From contig WFPF01000018.1 of assembly GCA_015487695.1 (NCBI GenBank), positions 29,419 to 93,418 on the forward strand: a stretch of DNA of 64,000 nucleotides, read 5' to 3'. The DNA is from Chitinophagales bacterium. Its GTDB lineage: Bacteria > Bacteroidota > Bacteroidia > Chitinophagales > S012-47. The notes below the pieces were generated by a model. It was not told where the DNA came from. It was given only the letters and a program-made list of their open reading frames with translations, and searched no databases. The number at the start of each line of letters is the position of its first letter. The stretch's first letter is position 1. The position numbers were made by a program, and so were the translations under genes. Shown here piece by piece: positions 10,977 to 20,912 of this stretch.

Positions 10977-11633
10977 ATGAAAAGCGAATCGGAGAACGGA
11001 CAAAGACCCCTCTTGATTGAGACCATGTATCTCCCGCCAGTAATGGTGATGGCACTGATTATAAGGGCAGGAGAGGTGATTCTGGAAGCGAATGAGCACT
11101 ATCAGAAACGTTCGTATCGCAACCGCTGCCATATTGCCGGGCCGCAGGGCCTTCAGCGCCTGAGCATACCACTTGCGGGGGGCAAGAATGCGCGTACACC
11201 TGTCAGGGAAGTACGCATCAGCGATGCTTTTGACTGGCGGCATCAGCATCTGCAGGCCTTGACTGCGGCCTATGGCAGGGCTCCTTATTTTGATTATTAC
11301 ATGCCGGAACTGGAGGAGCTGATACGAAAAGAACAGCTCTTCCTCTACGGGTTAAACCGTTCATTGCTGGAATGGCTATGCCGTTCTTTTGACAGTGAAG
11401 TGAGAATTCATGAGACAACGGCTTTCGGCCGGGCCCCCGCTTCGCAGGATTTGCGGGGAAGATTCCATCCCGGTGAAGCTCCGGCTTCCGGGGTTATGCC
11501 GGCCTATTATCAGGTCTTTAGCGGGCGAAACGGCTTTATCGCTGGTCTCAGTGCAGTCGACCTCCTCTTTAACCTGGGGCCTGAATCCCCGCTTTATTTA
11601 AAGCAGTTGCGGCTATCGGATTTTAACCCGTAG
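10977..11633 (+). CDS. WbqC family protein
   Basis: ETMYLPPV...EANEHYQKRSYRNRCHIAGPQG...LSIPL...YGRAPYFDYY matches the WbqC-like family pattern. Confidence 0.65.
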   Translation: MKSESENGQRPLLIETMYLPPVMVMALIIRAGEVILEANEHYQKRSYRNRCHIAGPQGLQRLSIPLAGGKNARTPVREVRISDAFDWRHQHLQALTAAYGRAPYFDYYMPELEELIRKEQLFLYGLNRSLLEWLCRSFDSEVRIHETTAFGRAPASQDLRGRFHPGEAPASGVMPAYYQVFSGRNGFIAGLSAVDLLFNLGPESPLYLKQLRLSDFNP

Positions 11634-11675
11634 AAGACAAACCCTTCCCAACTTTTACCGTAATTTCGTGCTCAC

Positions 11676-13769
11676 ATGAAAATGAAGCTGATTTTTGTCT
11701 TTGCACTTTTGCCGGCCTTCTTGCAGGGGTGGGCACAGTCGTCTTTCGATCGCGGATTTATCGATGTGGGACAAATCGGACTTTCACTGACCAATGCCGG
11801 TACCGTGGGCTGGCCCGATGTCCGCAACAATCCCCAGGGGCCTCCATCCATGGAATATCCGCTTAATTCGGGCATTGAGCACCTCTTCGAAGGGGGGCTT
11901 TGGATTGGTGCCAAGGTAAACGGACAAACGGCTGTTTCTACGGCTTCCGTGGATTTCCCGACAGGCTATACCACCGGAGCATCAGGCTTTGAATTCACGG
12001 CAGAAATCGGGCAGCGCATACGCCAGAGATCGACATTGACCAACAGCGATTACTTTTCTTTCGATGCCGTTTCGCACCAAGATATGGTGATGGATTTTTC
12101 GGACCGCAACGCCATTGTACCGGGCACTTCAATACCGATTGACAATCATGATCTGCCATTGGGTGCCCAGGTACATCTTGAAGCTTATGCCTGGAATTTT
12201 TCCTTTGCCGACTTCTTCGTCATTCTGGATATTACCATCACAAACACTTCCACTTCGGCCTGGGATTCCGTTTATTTCGGATACTGGACGGATATGGTCG
12301 TGCGAAATATCAACGTGGCAACCGATGGCGGTGCTGCATTCTTTAACAAAGGAGCAGGCGGATATATAGATTCGCTTTATGCCATCTACGCCTTTGACGT
12401 AACGGGTGATCCGGGCTATACGAACTCCTATGGGGCCTCGCAGTTTCTGGGTCTTGAGTGGCGCGACCGCTTTGTACACCCCAATACGGCAGCCGACCTG
12501 GTCAATGATGGCTTTCCGCGCCCCGGGGTCAATGCCAATTTCTGGGTTTTCCGGCAATTTGACGGCAGCCAGTTTGGGGCTCCGGCCAATGACATCGAGC
12601 GCTACGAGAAGATGGCCAAAGGGTTGAATTTTAAAGATCCTGCCCTGGTAGAGATGCTGCAAAACCCGAGCAATCGTACACAGTTGCTTTCTTTTGGTCC
12701 CCTGAAATCGGTAGAGCCGGGCGAGACGGTAAAACTGGCATGGGGCTTTGTCTGTGCCCGCCAGCTTGAAACCGGAGCGGCCACAGGGCCGGAAATGGAT
12801 ACGCGCTATGCCCAGACGGAGCTGCGTGAACATCTGGGCTGGTCGCAAAGAACCTATTTCGGAGAAGACCTCAACGGAAACGGAAAACTCGACCACGGAG
12901 AAGATATTGACGGAGACCAGGTGCTTGATCGCTATATCCTGCCCGAGCCACCGGCCGATCCGAAAGTGCATATCGTAAGCGAAGACGGAAAAATAAAAAT
13001 ATACTGGGATGCGGCAGCCGAAGAGTCGATCGATCCGGTAAGCAAAATAAAGGACTTTGAAGGCTATCGTATTTACCGTACCAATCCGGGCGATGACCGG
13101 CAGGCCAACCTCGACAAGGAATTAAACCTCATTGCCCAGTTTGACATGGAAGACAATGAGATCGGCTTTAACAATGGTTTTGATGCCGTTCGCCTGAATG
13201 AACCCGTTACTTTTGAAGGGGATACGACCGCCTATAGCTATCTCTTCGAACTGGACAATGTGCTCAACGGCTGGCAATACGAAATTGTAGTGACTGCCTT
13301 TGACCGGGGCAACCGGGAGCTCAACATCCCCTCACTCGAATCCAGTTTTGTGGCAAACTCTTTCAGGGTGTGGACCGGTACTCCGGTGAATGAAAGCCCT
13401 ACGGCTCAGGAGATAGGCGTTTATCCCAATCCCTATATCATCAATGCAGCCTGGGATGGCAGTACGCCACAAACCCGAAAACTCTATTTCTACAATCTGC
13501 CTGCCCGTTGTGAAATCACGGTGTATACCGTTTCGGGGGATGTGGTAGCCGTGATCGATCACGATGCCGTAAGCTACCGGGGCGAAGATATTCAGTGGTT
13601 TGCTAATTTTGGTGGAGCTGCAGAAAAGCGGATCACTCCCGGAGGAGAGCATGCCTGGGATATTTTAACAAACAGCAAACAAACCATCACCCAGGGTCTT
13701 TACCTTTTCACGGTTAAAGACCTCAGTACAGGTGTTTCCTATTCCGGGAGATTTGCCGTATTGAAATAA
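11676..13769 (+). CDS. Secreted protein of unknown function with Asp-rich Ca-binding-like loop, FN3-like domain and T9SS/FlgD-Ig-like C-terminal beta-sandwich
   Basis: Signal peptide MKMKLIFVFALLPAFLQGWAQ. Asp-rich loop GEDLNGNGKLDHGEDIDGDQVLD. FN3-like KIKIYWDAAAEESIDP...FEGYRIYRT. C-terminus VYPNPY...LYFYNLPARCEITVYTVSGDVV...GLYLFTVKDL...GRFAVLK. Confidence 0.8.
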   Translation: MKMKLIFVFALLPAFLQGWAQSSFDRGFIDVGQIGLSLTNAGTVGWPDVRNNPQGPPSMEYPLNSGIEHLFEGGLWIGAKVNGQTAVSTASVDFPTGYTTGASGFEFTAEIGQRIRQRSTLTNSDYFSFDAVSHQDMVMDFSDRNAIVPGTSIPIDNHDLPLGAQVHLEAYAWNFSFADFFVILDITITNTSTSAWDSVYFGYWTDMVVRNINVATDGGAAFFNKGAGGYIDSLYAIYAFDVTGDPGYTNSYGASQFLGLEWRDRFVHPNTAADLVNDGFPRPGVNANFWVFRQFDGSQFGAPANDIERYEKMAKGLNFKDPALVEMLQNPSNRTQLLSFGPLKSVEPGETVKLAWGFVCARQLETGAATGPEMDTRYAQTELREHLGWSQRTYFGEDLNGNGKLDHGEDIDGDQVLDRYILPEPPADPKVHIVSEDGKIKIYWDAAAEESIDPVSKIKDFEGYRIYRTNPGDDRQANLDKELNLIAQFDMEDNEIGFNNGFDAVRLNEPVTFEGDTTAYSYLFELDNVLNGWQYEIVVTAFDRGNRELNIPSLESSFVANSFRVWTGTPVNESPTAQEIGVYPNPYIINAAWDGSTPQTRKLYFYNLPARCEITVYTVSGDVVAVIDHDAVSYRGEDIQWFANFGGAAEKRITPGGEHAWDILTNSKQTITQGLYLFTVKDLSTGVSYSGRFAVLK

Positions 13770-13804
13770 TTTTAATTCGTATCAACTAAAAAAGGAATAC
13801 TGAC

Positions 13805-16213
13805 ATGAGGAAGAACTTACTCTTATTGATTGCACTGACGCTCGTTTTGAGCCTTGGGGCACAAAATTACCCCCTGGTAAAAATTGCCGATCTGCAAAAA
13901 GTATCGGACCAGGACCTGGCCAATGGCAACGATGCCTCTCCGAGAATTGGTGATACGGTAGAGGTGGAGGGCATTGTCACTTTCGATCCCTGTGTCTATG
14001 GCCTCAGTGCCACGAGCAGAAAGGGAACCTGGCTGCAGGACCCCGATACCACTGCCTGGAATGGCATTCATGTACTCATCGATCCGGGGGCTATTGGCGG
14101 TGGAATGACCGTGGCCGACCTGGACCTGGCCACCAAGTTTTTTGATAATTTCAAAAAAGGCAATAAGGTGCATTGCACCGGTATTGTTTCGGCTTTTTCA
14201 AACAATACCCAGATTGTTCTGCTTCCGGTTGAAACCCAGATTGTCGGACTTTCATCGGTTCCGGCTCCGCACCTGACCACGGTAGATACCTTTATGAAAA
14301 GCGATGGGGGCGGAGGACAAATTCCACAGCTTACCACGGGCGAGCAATACGAGGGTGTATTGGTTGAATTCCGCAATGTGACCATTGTGGATGTGGCTAC
14401 CTTCGCTGGTGGCACCCGCATCAACTGGACGCTTCAGGATGAAAAAGGAAATGAAATCCGCGTGCGGGACGTCTCCGGATGGTTCAGAAATGACGAAAAC
14501 GACAGCTATTGCAAAGATACTACCGAGACTCCATGGGTTTTCCCGCTGCCCAACGAAGGCAGCCAGCTTTCCTGGTTCAGAGGGATTATCCTGGATTATG
14601 CACTGGGCGGTGAAAGACAATACTGGATTGCTCCGCGCGATACCAATGATATCGGGCCGCTGGTTGCAGCGGCACCCGTAGTGCGAAAAGTGAGCCGCAT
14701 GCCCGTACAAGCAACTTCTTCCAACTCGGTTACCATCACGGCAACCATAGTAGACCCTGACGGTACGGTGGCCAAAGCCGACCTTTTCTTCTCAAAAGGA
14801 CAGGGCAATACGAACTTTACACGGCTTCCCATGATCAATGTGCAAGGCAATGACTGGAGTTCGAGCATTCCACCGAGTGGCCAGGACGGAGCCATCATGA
14901 ATTTCTGGATACGCGCCATCGACAATTCGGGAGATACTACAGATTATCCTTTCACCGGTGCTACCAACATGAATTATATCACACTGGATGACGGGATCAA
15001 TGAAATCAAAGACCTGCAATATACCATTGCCAACGGACCGTCCATCTGGTCGGGTGACTCGCTGACCGGTATGAGTATTCATGCCGTGGTAACCTCGACC
15101 CAGGAGCCCTATGACCTCGGACTTATTGCCGTTCAGGATTCCCGCGATCCGTTCTCCGGTATCATTCTTCAGCGTGTGACGGGCGACCAGTTGGGCGAGT
15201 TGAGAAGAGGGGATTCCATTCTGCTAAAAGTAGGGATGGTGAGTGAAGTCTTTGGAGTGACCAACCTGAGTTTTGTTCAGTATGATCTCCTCGGAAAAGG
15301 CACCGTTCCGGAGCCGATCACCGGCCTCAATCCTGACAGCATTGCCGCAGGCGTTTTTGATCAGGCCGAAGCATATGAGGCCATGTTTGTGAAGTTCCCC
15401 AATGCTTTTGTGGTAGATACCAATGCAGACGGACCGAATAACAACTTTGGTGAATGGGCCATCAATACCAGCCTGACCCCGGGCAGCGGACTGCGAGTGG
15501 ATGATTACTCAAATGACATTCCTTTTGGCTTTAATGTCGACAGCATGAGCCTGGGGCAGCAACTGGACTATATCCAGGGGATTCTCTGGTACAGTTTCGG
15601 CAACTACAAGTTGGAGCCCCGCAACCAGTCGGACATTGCAGGCTTCCATACGGAATATCCGAAACGCATCACCTTGTTTAGTTTTCTGGGTCTCGGACCC
15701 GGGGGTACAGATGTAATCCTGAATATCGACAATGACAACAATCTTATCTATACCACCGACCCATTGCCGGCCGGTACGGATATCAGCAACCTGGCTCCCT
15801 ATATTGAATATGAGGGAGAAAGTCTGACACCCGGAAGCGGTGTGGCACAGGATTTCAGAGACACGGTCTACTATACCGTGACGGCACCCGTAGATGCTTC
15901 AAGCCGAACTTATGCGGTGCTAGTGGATGTGGCAGTGGGAATCGGGCTGCCGCAAGGGCTCAAGGCCCTTTCCATTCTTCCCAATCCCGGAAACGGTGTT
16001 TTTAATCTGAATCTGGAAGTCAATGAAGCGGCAGCATACAGGGTCTATGTCTACTCAATGACGGGCCGTGAATTGCTTAGGCGGAATTGGGATGTGAATC
16101 CCGGTACGAATCGCCTCAGTCTCGACCTGAGTGAAATGGGAGCGGGCATGTATCTGATCCGGCTGGAAGGAGCCGGTGGCGTTATCAGCCGCAAACTGCA
16201 AATCGTGAAATAA
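13805..16213 (+). CDS. T9SS type-A sorting-domain protein of unknown function (repeated OB-like modules)
   Basis: Signal peptide present. Repeated I(A/K)DLQ...G..V.V.G.VT...QD modules. Canonical CTD LSILPNPGNGVFNLNLEV...YRVYVYSMTGRELLRRNW...GMYLIRLEG...SRKLQIVK. Confidence 0.85.
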   Translation: MRKNLLLLIALTLVLSLGAQNYPLVKIADLQKVSDQDLANGNDASPRIGDTVEVEGIVTFDPCVYGLSATSRKGTWLQDPDTTAWNGIHVLIDPGAIGGGMTVADLDLATKFFDNFKKGNKVHCTGIVSAFSNNTQIVLLPVETQIVGLSSVPAPHLTTVDTFMKSDGGGGQIPQLTTGEQYEGVLVEFRNVTIVDVATFAGGTRINWTLQDEKGNEIRVRDVSGWFRNDENDSYCKDTTETPWVFPLPNEGSQLSWFRGIILDYALGGERQYWIAPRDTNDIGPLVAAAPVVRKVSRMPVQATSSNSVTITATIVDPDGTVAKADLFFSKGQGNTNFTRLPMINVQGNDWSSSIPPSGQDGAIMNFWIRAIDNSGDTTDYPFTGATNMNYITLDDGINEIKDLQYTIANGPSIWSGDSLTGMSIHAVVTSTQEPYDLGLIAVQDSRDPFSGIILQRVTGDQLGELRRGDSILLKVGMVSEVFGVTNLSFVQYDLLGKGTVPEPITGLNPDSIAAGVFDQAEAYEAMFVKFPNAFVVDTNADGPNNNFGEWAINTSLTPGSGLRVDDYSNDIPFGFNVDSMSLGQQLDYIQGILWYSFGNYKLEPRNQSDIAGFHTEYPKRITLFSFLGLGPGGTDVILNIDNDNNLIYTTDPLPAGTDISNLAPYIEYEGESLTPGSGVAQDFRDTVYYTVTAPVDASSRTYAVLVDVAVGIGLPQGLKALSILPNPGNGVFNLNLEVNEAAAYRVYVYSMTGRELLRRNWDVNPGTNRLSLDLSEMGAGMYLIRLEGAGGVISRKLQIVK

Positions 16214-16233
16214 GTGAAATCGTATAAGCAGAG

Positions 16234-16266
16234 AAACCCGGGTTCGCAAGGATCCGGGTTTTTTTA
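16234..16266 (+). terminator. Rho-independent terminator after the T9SS cargo pair
   Basis: Perfect 8-bp stem AAACCCGG / CCGGGTTT with a 12-nt loop, running into a T7 tract. It overlaps the purC stop codon on the other strand. Confidence 0.7.
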
Positions 16267-17205
16267 TTGAAGTTTTTCGATGCTCTGGCGGATGGCGGCT
16301 TCGCTTCGTTTCAGGTCGGGCACGACCGGCTCAAATTGCTTTCCGGTGATTTTTTCGTACAACTCGATATAGCGCTGACTGACCTGCTTCACAAATGCAT
16401 CGGGCAGGTCGGGCATTTCTTGTCCTTCGAGTCCCTGAAAGCCATGCTCCATCAGCCATTCGCGCACAAACTCCTTGGAGAGTTGCTTTTGCCGCTCTCC
16501 TTTCTGCTGCCTTTCGGCATATCCTTCCAAGAGATAATAGCGGGAAGAGTCGGGCGTATGAATCTCATCGATGAGATAAATTTTCCCGTCTTTCTTTCCG
16601 AATTCATATTTGGTATCCACCAGGATGAGCCCTCGCTGGCGGGCCATTTCGCTTCCCCGCTGAAAGAGGGCCCTCGTATATTTTTCGAGCAGGGCATATT
16701 CATCGGCCGGGACCAGGCCCCGGGCGATAATCTCCTCGCGGCTGATGTCTTCGTCATGCCCTTCTTCGGCCTTGGTGGCAGGGGTGATGATGGCCTGCGG
16801 GAAAGGGTCTCCTTCTTTCAGCCCTTCGGGCATGGGCACCCCGCTGATCACCCGCTTTCCATCGCGATACTCGCGCCATGCATGACCGGCAAGGTATCCT
16901 CTGATGACCATCTCTATCTTGTATGGTGTGCAGAGATGCCCCAGGGCGCTCCTTTCATCGGGATAGTCGAGCACCCAGTTGGGGACGATGTCACTGGTGG
17001 ACTCGAGAAAATGCCGGGCTACCTGATTGAGTACCTGGCCCTTGAACGGGATCGGCCGCGGCAGGATACGGTCAAATGCCGAAATACGGTCGCTGGCCAC
17101 CATGACCAGCAAATCCTGTTTCAGATAATACACATCCCTTACTTTTCCACGGTAAAAAGCGCTTTGTCCCGGCAGATGAAATTGGGTTTCGTGGATTGCC
17201 TGCAT
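16264..17205 (-). CDS. purC: Phosphoribosylaminoimidazole-succinocarboxamide (SAICAR) synthase
   Basis: 313-aa long-form PurC: N-terminal [18 protein letters not shown], ...[11 protein letters not shown]... Confidence 0.93.
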   Translation of the reverse strand: MQAIHETQFHLPGQSAFYRGKVRDVYYLKQDLLVMVASDRISAFDRILPRPIPFKGQVLNQVARHFLESTSDIVPNWVLDYPDERSALGHLCTPYKIEMVIRGYLAGHAWREYRDGKRVISGVPMPEGLKEGDPFPQAIITPATKAEEGHDEDISREEIIARGLVPADEYALLEKYTRALFQRGSEMARQRGLILVDTKYEFGKKDGKIYLIDEIHTPDSSRYYLLEGYAERQQKGERQKQLSKEFVREWLMEHGFQGLEGQEMPDLPDAFVKQVSQRYIELYEKITGKQFEPVVPDLKRSEAAIRQSIEKLQ

Positions 17206-17229
17206 GCCCTGTTCTTTTTTTACTGATAA

Positions 17230-18219
17230 TTAAGCGTCTTCATTCTGCTCCCGTGACGGGGGTTCCTTTTTATTTTTCGATTCGGCCTTTTCAAATGCCT
17301 GAATGATCTTCCGGACGAGGCGGTGACGGATCACATCGCGCTCGTCCAGACGCACCACGGCAATGCCTTCCACATCTTTGAGTATGTTGATGGCTTTGAT
17401 AAGCCCCGAGCGCTGGCTGCGAGGCAGGTCTACCTGGGTCAGGTCACCGGTGATGATGGCTTTGGCCGAAGGGCCCAGGCGCGTAAGAAACATTTTTATC
17501 TGCGATTCGGTGGTGTTTTGGGCCTCGTCCAGAATGATAAAAGCATTGTCGAGCGTACGGCCGCGCATAAATGCCAGAGGGGCCACCTCAATGACGCGGT
17601 TTTGCATGTAGTAGTTGAGCCGGTCGATGGGAAACATATCGTCCAGTGCATCATAGAGTGGCCGCAGATAGGGATCTACTTTTTCCTTGAGGTCTCCGGG
17701 CAGAAAGCCGAGGCTTTCACCGGCTTCTACCGCAGGCCGCGTAAGGACGATCTTCTTGACAAGGCGGTTCTTAAGTGCCCTGACAGCCAGTGCTACAGCC
17801 GTATAAGTTTTTCCCGTGCCGGCCGGCCCGATGGCAAAAAGGATATCATTGTCAAGGGCCTGGCGTACCATCTCATGCTGATTGGGTGTCTTGGCTTTGA
17901 TCACATTGCCACGGGCCCCGAAAACGATGACTTCATCCGCATTGAGATCTTGCTCGGGCGAAGGGGCGACACCGAGAAGAATATTCTCGAGGTTTTTGTT
18001 GGAAATGCGTCCGTATTTCTCGAGCAGGTGCAGCATGGCATTGATGGTTTCGTTGAGCTGCTCGATGTCATGCTCACTGCCTGATATCTTCAGCTTATTG
18101 CCTCTCGAAGCGATCTTCAGACGGGGAAATGCTTTGCGAAGCTGGTCAATGTGCGCATTATTAACACCAAAAAAATCGACCGGATTGATATGATTGAGGT
18201 CAATGGATATTTCAGTCAA
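17230..18219 (-). CDS. phoH: PhoH family ATPase
   Basis: Walker A GPAGTGKTYTAVALAV, ILDEAQNTT, GDLTQVDLP. Typical about 320-aa PhoH. Confidence 0.9.
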   Translation of the reverse strand: MTEISIDLNHINPVDFFGVNNAHIDQLRKAFPRLKIASRGNKLKISGSEHDIEQLNETINAMLHLLEKYGRISNKNLENILLGVAPSPEQDLNADEVIVFGARGNVIKAKTPNQHEMVRQALDNDILFAIGPAGTGKTYTAVALAVRALKNRLVKKIVLTRPAVEAGESLGFLPGDLKEKVDPYLRPLYDALDDMFPIDRLNYYMQNRVIEVAPLAFMRGRTLDNAFIILDEAQNTTESQIKMFLTRLGPSAKAIITGDLTQVDLPRSQRSGLIKAINILKDVEGIAVVRLDERDVIRHRLVRKIIQAFEKAESKNKKEPPSREQNEDA

Positions 18220-18227
18220 GCTTTACT

Positions 18228-18235
18228 TATTTTTG
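18228..18235 (+). promoter_or_regulatory. Candidate -7 promoter box (TATTTTTG)
   Basis: Perfect TAnnTTTG, 30 nt upstream of ATG 18266, in the phoH/18266 divergent spacer. Confidence 0.3.
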
Positions 18236-18265
18236 TTTCAAAGTTAACAAAGGGCCTAAGAAAAA

Positions 18266-19036
18266 ATGCCATTCATTACATTGACGAGCGACCTTGGTGA
18301 GCGTGATCATTATGTTGCTGCGGTAAAAGGGGCCCTTTACTCGGCTTGTGCGGATATACGCATTGTGGATATATCGCACCAGATCAGCCATTTCGATATT
18401 GCCCATGCGGCATTTGTACTGAAAAATGCCTATCATCATTTCCCCGAAGGAAGCATTCATCTGCTCAGTGTGGAGAGCACCGACAAACCCGATGCACGTA
18501 TTCTTCTCGTGAAAAAAAAGGGACATTTCTTTGTGGGATACGACAATGGCATCTTTTCTCTTCTATTCGATGACGGACCCGATGAGATCTTTCATATTCC
18601 GGGAAAAGAAGGACGGGCCAGCACCTTCCCGTTTCGTGAAATTATGGTGGATGTGGCCTGCAAGCTTGTCAATGGCACCAAGGCAGAGGCGATTGGAGTG
18701 GCGGTCAGCGAATATGTGGAGCGGCAAAAGCTGCAACCGGTGCTCAATGGCAACAGCCTCCGGGGGGCTATTCTCTATTTCGACCATTACGGCAATGCCA
18801 TGACGAACATCAGCCGTTCGCTTTTTGAAGAAATCATCGGGGAGAAGCGATTCAGCATAGCTTTCAAAAACAATGAAACCGTCCGAAGCATTTCGCTAAG
18901 CTACAATGAAGTGCCGGAGGGCGAGAAACTCTGCATTTTTAATTCTGAAGGGTACCTTGAGATTGCCATCAACAAAGGCCAGGCGAAGCAATTGTTCGGA
19001 CTGAAGATCGGTGATCTCATTCAAATTGAATTCTAA
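18266..19036 (+). CDS. SAM hydrolase / SAM-dependent halogenase family protein (DUF62)
   Basis: N-terminus PFITLTSDLGERDHYVAAVKGAL and ...DHYGNAMTNI... are hallmark stretches of the S-adenosyl-L-methionine hydroxide adenosyltransferase family. Confidence 0.8.
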   Translation: MPFITLTSDLGERDHYVAAVKGALYSACADIRIVDISHQISHFDIAHAAFVLKNAYHHFPEGSIHLLSVESTDKPDARILLVKKKGHFFVGYDNGIFSLLFDDGPDEIFHIPGKEGRASTFPFREIMVDVACKLVNGTKAEAIGVAVSEYVERQKLQPVLNGNSLRGAILYFDHYGNAMTNISRSLFEEIIGEKRFSIAFKNNETVRSISLSYNEVPEGEKLCIFNSEGYLEIAINKGQAKQLFGLKIGDLIQIEF

Positions 19037-19038
19037 CT

Positions 19039-19326
19039 ATGATCAGATTGGTAAAGATGAGATTCCGCGAGGACGAAGTGGAGAATTTTAAATCCGTATT
19101 CCGCGAGCGAAGGATGCACATCGAAAGTTTTCCGGGCTGCTATTCCGTCCGCCTCCTGCAGGACCGTGAGGACCCGCAGATATTTTTCACCTATAGTGTA
19201 TGGCGTTCGCCCGAAGACCTCGAGAAATACCGGAATTCGGATCTTTTCAAAGAAACCTGGGAACTGACACGGGCGCTTTTTGCTGAAAAAGCGCAAGCCT
19301 GGTCGATGGATGACACCATGATTTAA
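19039..19326 (+). CDS. Antibiotic biosynthesis monooxygenase (ABM) domain protein
   Basis: 95 aa with a ferredoxin-like ABM pattern (...FPGCYSVRLLQDREDPQIFFTYSVWRSPEDLEKYRNSDLF...). Starts 2 nt after the preceding gene. Confidence 0.6.
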   Translation: MIRLVKMRFREDEVENFKSVFRERRMHIESFPGCYSVRLLQDREDPQIFFTYSVWRSPEDLEKYRNSDLFKETWELTRALFAEKAQAWSMDDTMI

Positions 19327-20900
19327 TTACGGGGCGAAATCACGGGAAGCGCGCTTTCTTCCTCCCGGCTCCACAATGGCCTTTCGATATTCTCGAAGGA
19401 AACAGGAAGGATGTAGAAGTCATTCTCAAATGTGACTTTCCCGGCACCTTTCCATTCAAAACCTTCCAGTATCATCTCCGGGGCATTTACTTTCTGTATC
19501 GGGATAAAACGTCCATCGGGCAGGGTGACGAAACGGATATATTGCAACGCCCCTTTGGCAAAGCGCAGGTGAATGGATGAGCAGCTGAGGCGATTGGCCC
19601 CGATGAAGCGGCCGCTGTCGTCCTGTGCGTAGTAAATCGTTTCGGCATTGCCCGTAAAATGCATACTCCGCAGCGAGTCGTTCTTGAAGTAGCCTTCCAT
19701 GCTTCGGCCTTTGGTCTGATTGTAGATTCCATTGCCTTCGCGGCTCGCCAGCAGGGCATGGGGGCTCACACGGAGCCGGTAGGGTTTGCCATGGCGAAAA
19801 GAAAGCTGAATGCTGTCGCCACTGAGCTGGAAACTGTCGATCCATGCCACGGGGTTTCCTGTCAGACGGAGCATCGAATCCCTGCCCGAATAGTGCATGA
19901 GGCCAGCCATTGCACTGAAATTTCCGCGCAGGAGACGCACATTGGGAAAAGCATAGAGCTCGCGGCCGTTGCTGTCTCCTTCCGAGATCAGGGTATCGGC
20001 CCGCACATAGAAGGTGTCCTTGTCGATGCGGATGAGGATGAGCGGATCTATGGTGGCACTGACCCGGTTTTGGCTGTTGTTGTATTCGGCCTGCCCGCTG
20101 AAAAGCGTGATCCCCTCGGCCGTATCGCTGAAATAAACATTTCCGGTGGCATCCCCTTTGCCGTCTTCCTGCCGGTAGGTGAGCGTGTCGGCCCGGATGG
20201 CACGACCCCGGTCGATCATGCGGGCATTCTGATAAAATTTGCCGCTCTTTTCCTTGAGGTCATAGTAGCCCCTTTCGCAATAGATGCGGCTTTCTTTGCT
20301 CTCAATGACCGTGGGGCCATAGAAGTGTACGCGGTTTTTACCCAGATCGTAATCGAGGGTATCTGCCCAGAGTTGAAATTCACTGCCTTCGATAAATATG
20401 TGCTCTTTGAAGCGGGCCCGGTGCCCGGTCTCTTCATAGTAGCCGTAAATGCTTTCCAGGCGAATATCTTCCTGTTCGAGTGTGCCTCCGCCTGTATAAA
20501 AACCCCATTTTTTATCCGGATAATAGGTCAGAAAAGGTGTTCGAAGGGTCATTTTTTCCCGCTGGAGCCTGACGTGGCCCTGCAGAAGGGCAAGATCATC
20601 ATCGGGGCTGTAATAAAGTGAATCGCCCGTAATATGAATAGAATCTCCCTGCCGGATATCTACGTGACCAAAGGCTTTTACCCTGTTTTCCTGTTTGAAA
20701 TTGTAGGCGCTGTCGCAGTGCAGTACGATATGTTCAAAGAGAATTTCTACCTGCCCGCGAAGAATGTCTGCATTCTTCCCGTCAATGACCACACCTTCGG
20801 CCTCACGGGCTCTGATCTGTACGGGTTTTTCGTCTTTTTCCTGGGCGTATGCGCCCGCGGTGATCTGCAGCAGTAGAATGAAAAAAAATAGATACTTCAT
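19323..20900 (-). CDS. OstA-like (LptA-fold repeat) periplasmic protein
   Basis: Signal peptide MKYLFFFILLLQITAGAYAQ. Repeated OstA-type beta-jellyroll stretches (ADILRGQVEILFEHIVLHCDSAYNFKQENRVKAFGHVDIRQGD...). Envelope gene neighbourhood. Confidence 0.6.
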   Translation of the reverse strand: MKYLFFFILLLQITAGAYAQEKDEKPVQIRAREAEGVVIDGKNADILRGQVEILFEHIVLHCDSAYNFKQENRVKAFGHVDIRQGDSIHITGDSLYYSPDDDLALLQGHVRLQREKMTLRTPFLTYYPDKKWGFYTGGGTLEQEDIRLESIYGYYEETGHRARFKEHIFIEGSEFQLWADTLDYDLGKNRVHFYGPTVIESKESRIYCERGYYDLKEKSGKFYQNARMIDRGRAIRADTLTYRQEDGKGDATGNVYFSDTAEGITLFSGQAEYNNSQNRVSATIDPLILIRIDKDTFYVRADTLISEGDSNGRELYAFPNVRLLRGNFSAMAGLMHYSGRDSMLRLTGNPVAWIDSFQLSGDSIQLSFRHGKPYRLRVSPHALLASREGNGIYNQTKGRSMEGYFKNDSLRSMHFTGNAETIYYAQDDSGRFIGANRLSCSSIHLRFAKGALQYIRFVTLPDGRFIPIQKVNAPEMILEGFEWKGAGKVTFENDFYILPVSFENIERPLWSREEESALPVISPRN

Positions 20901-20912
20901 AAACGGGATACC

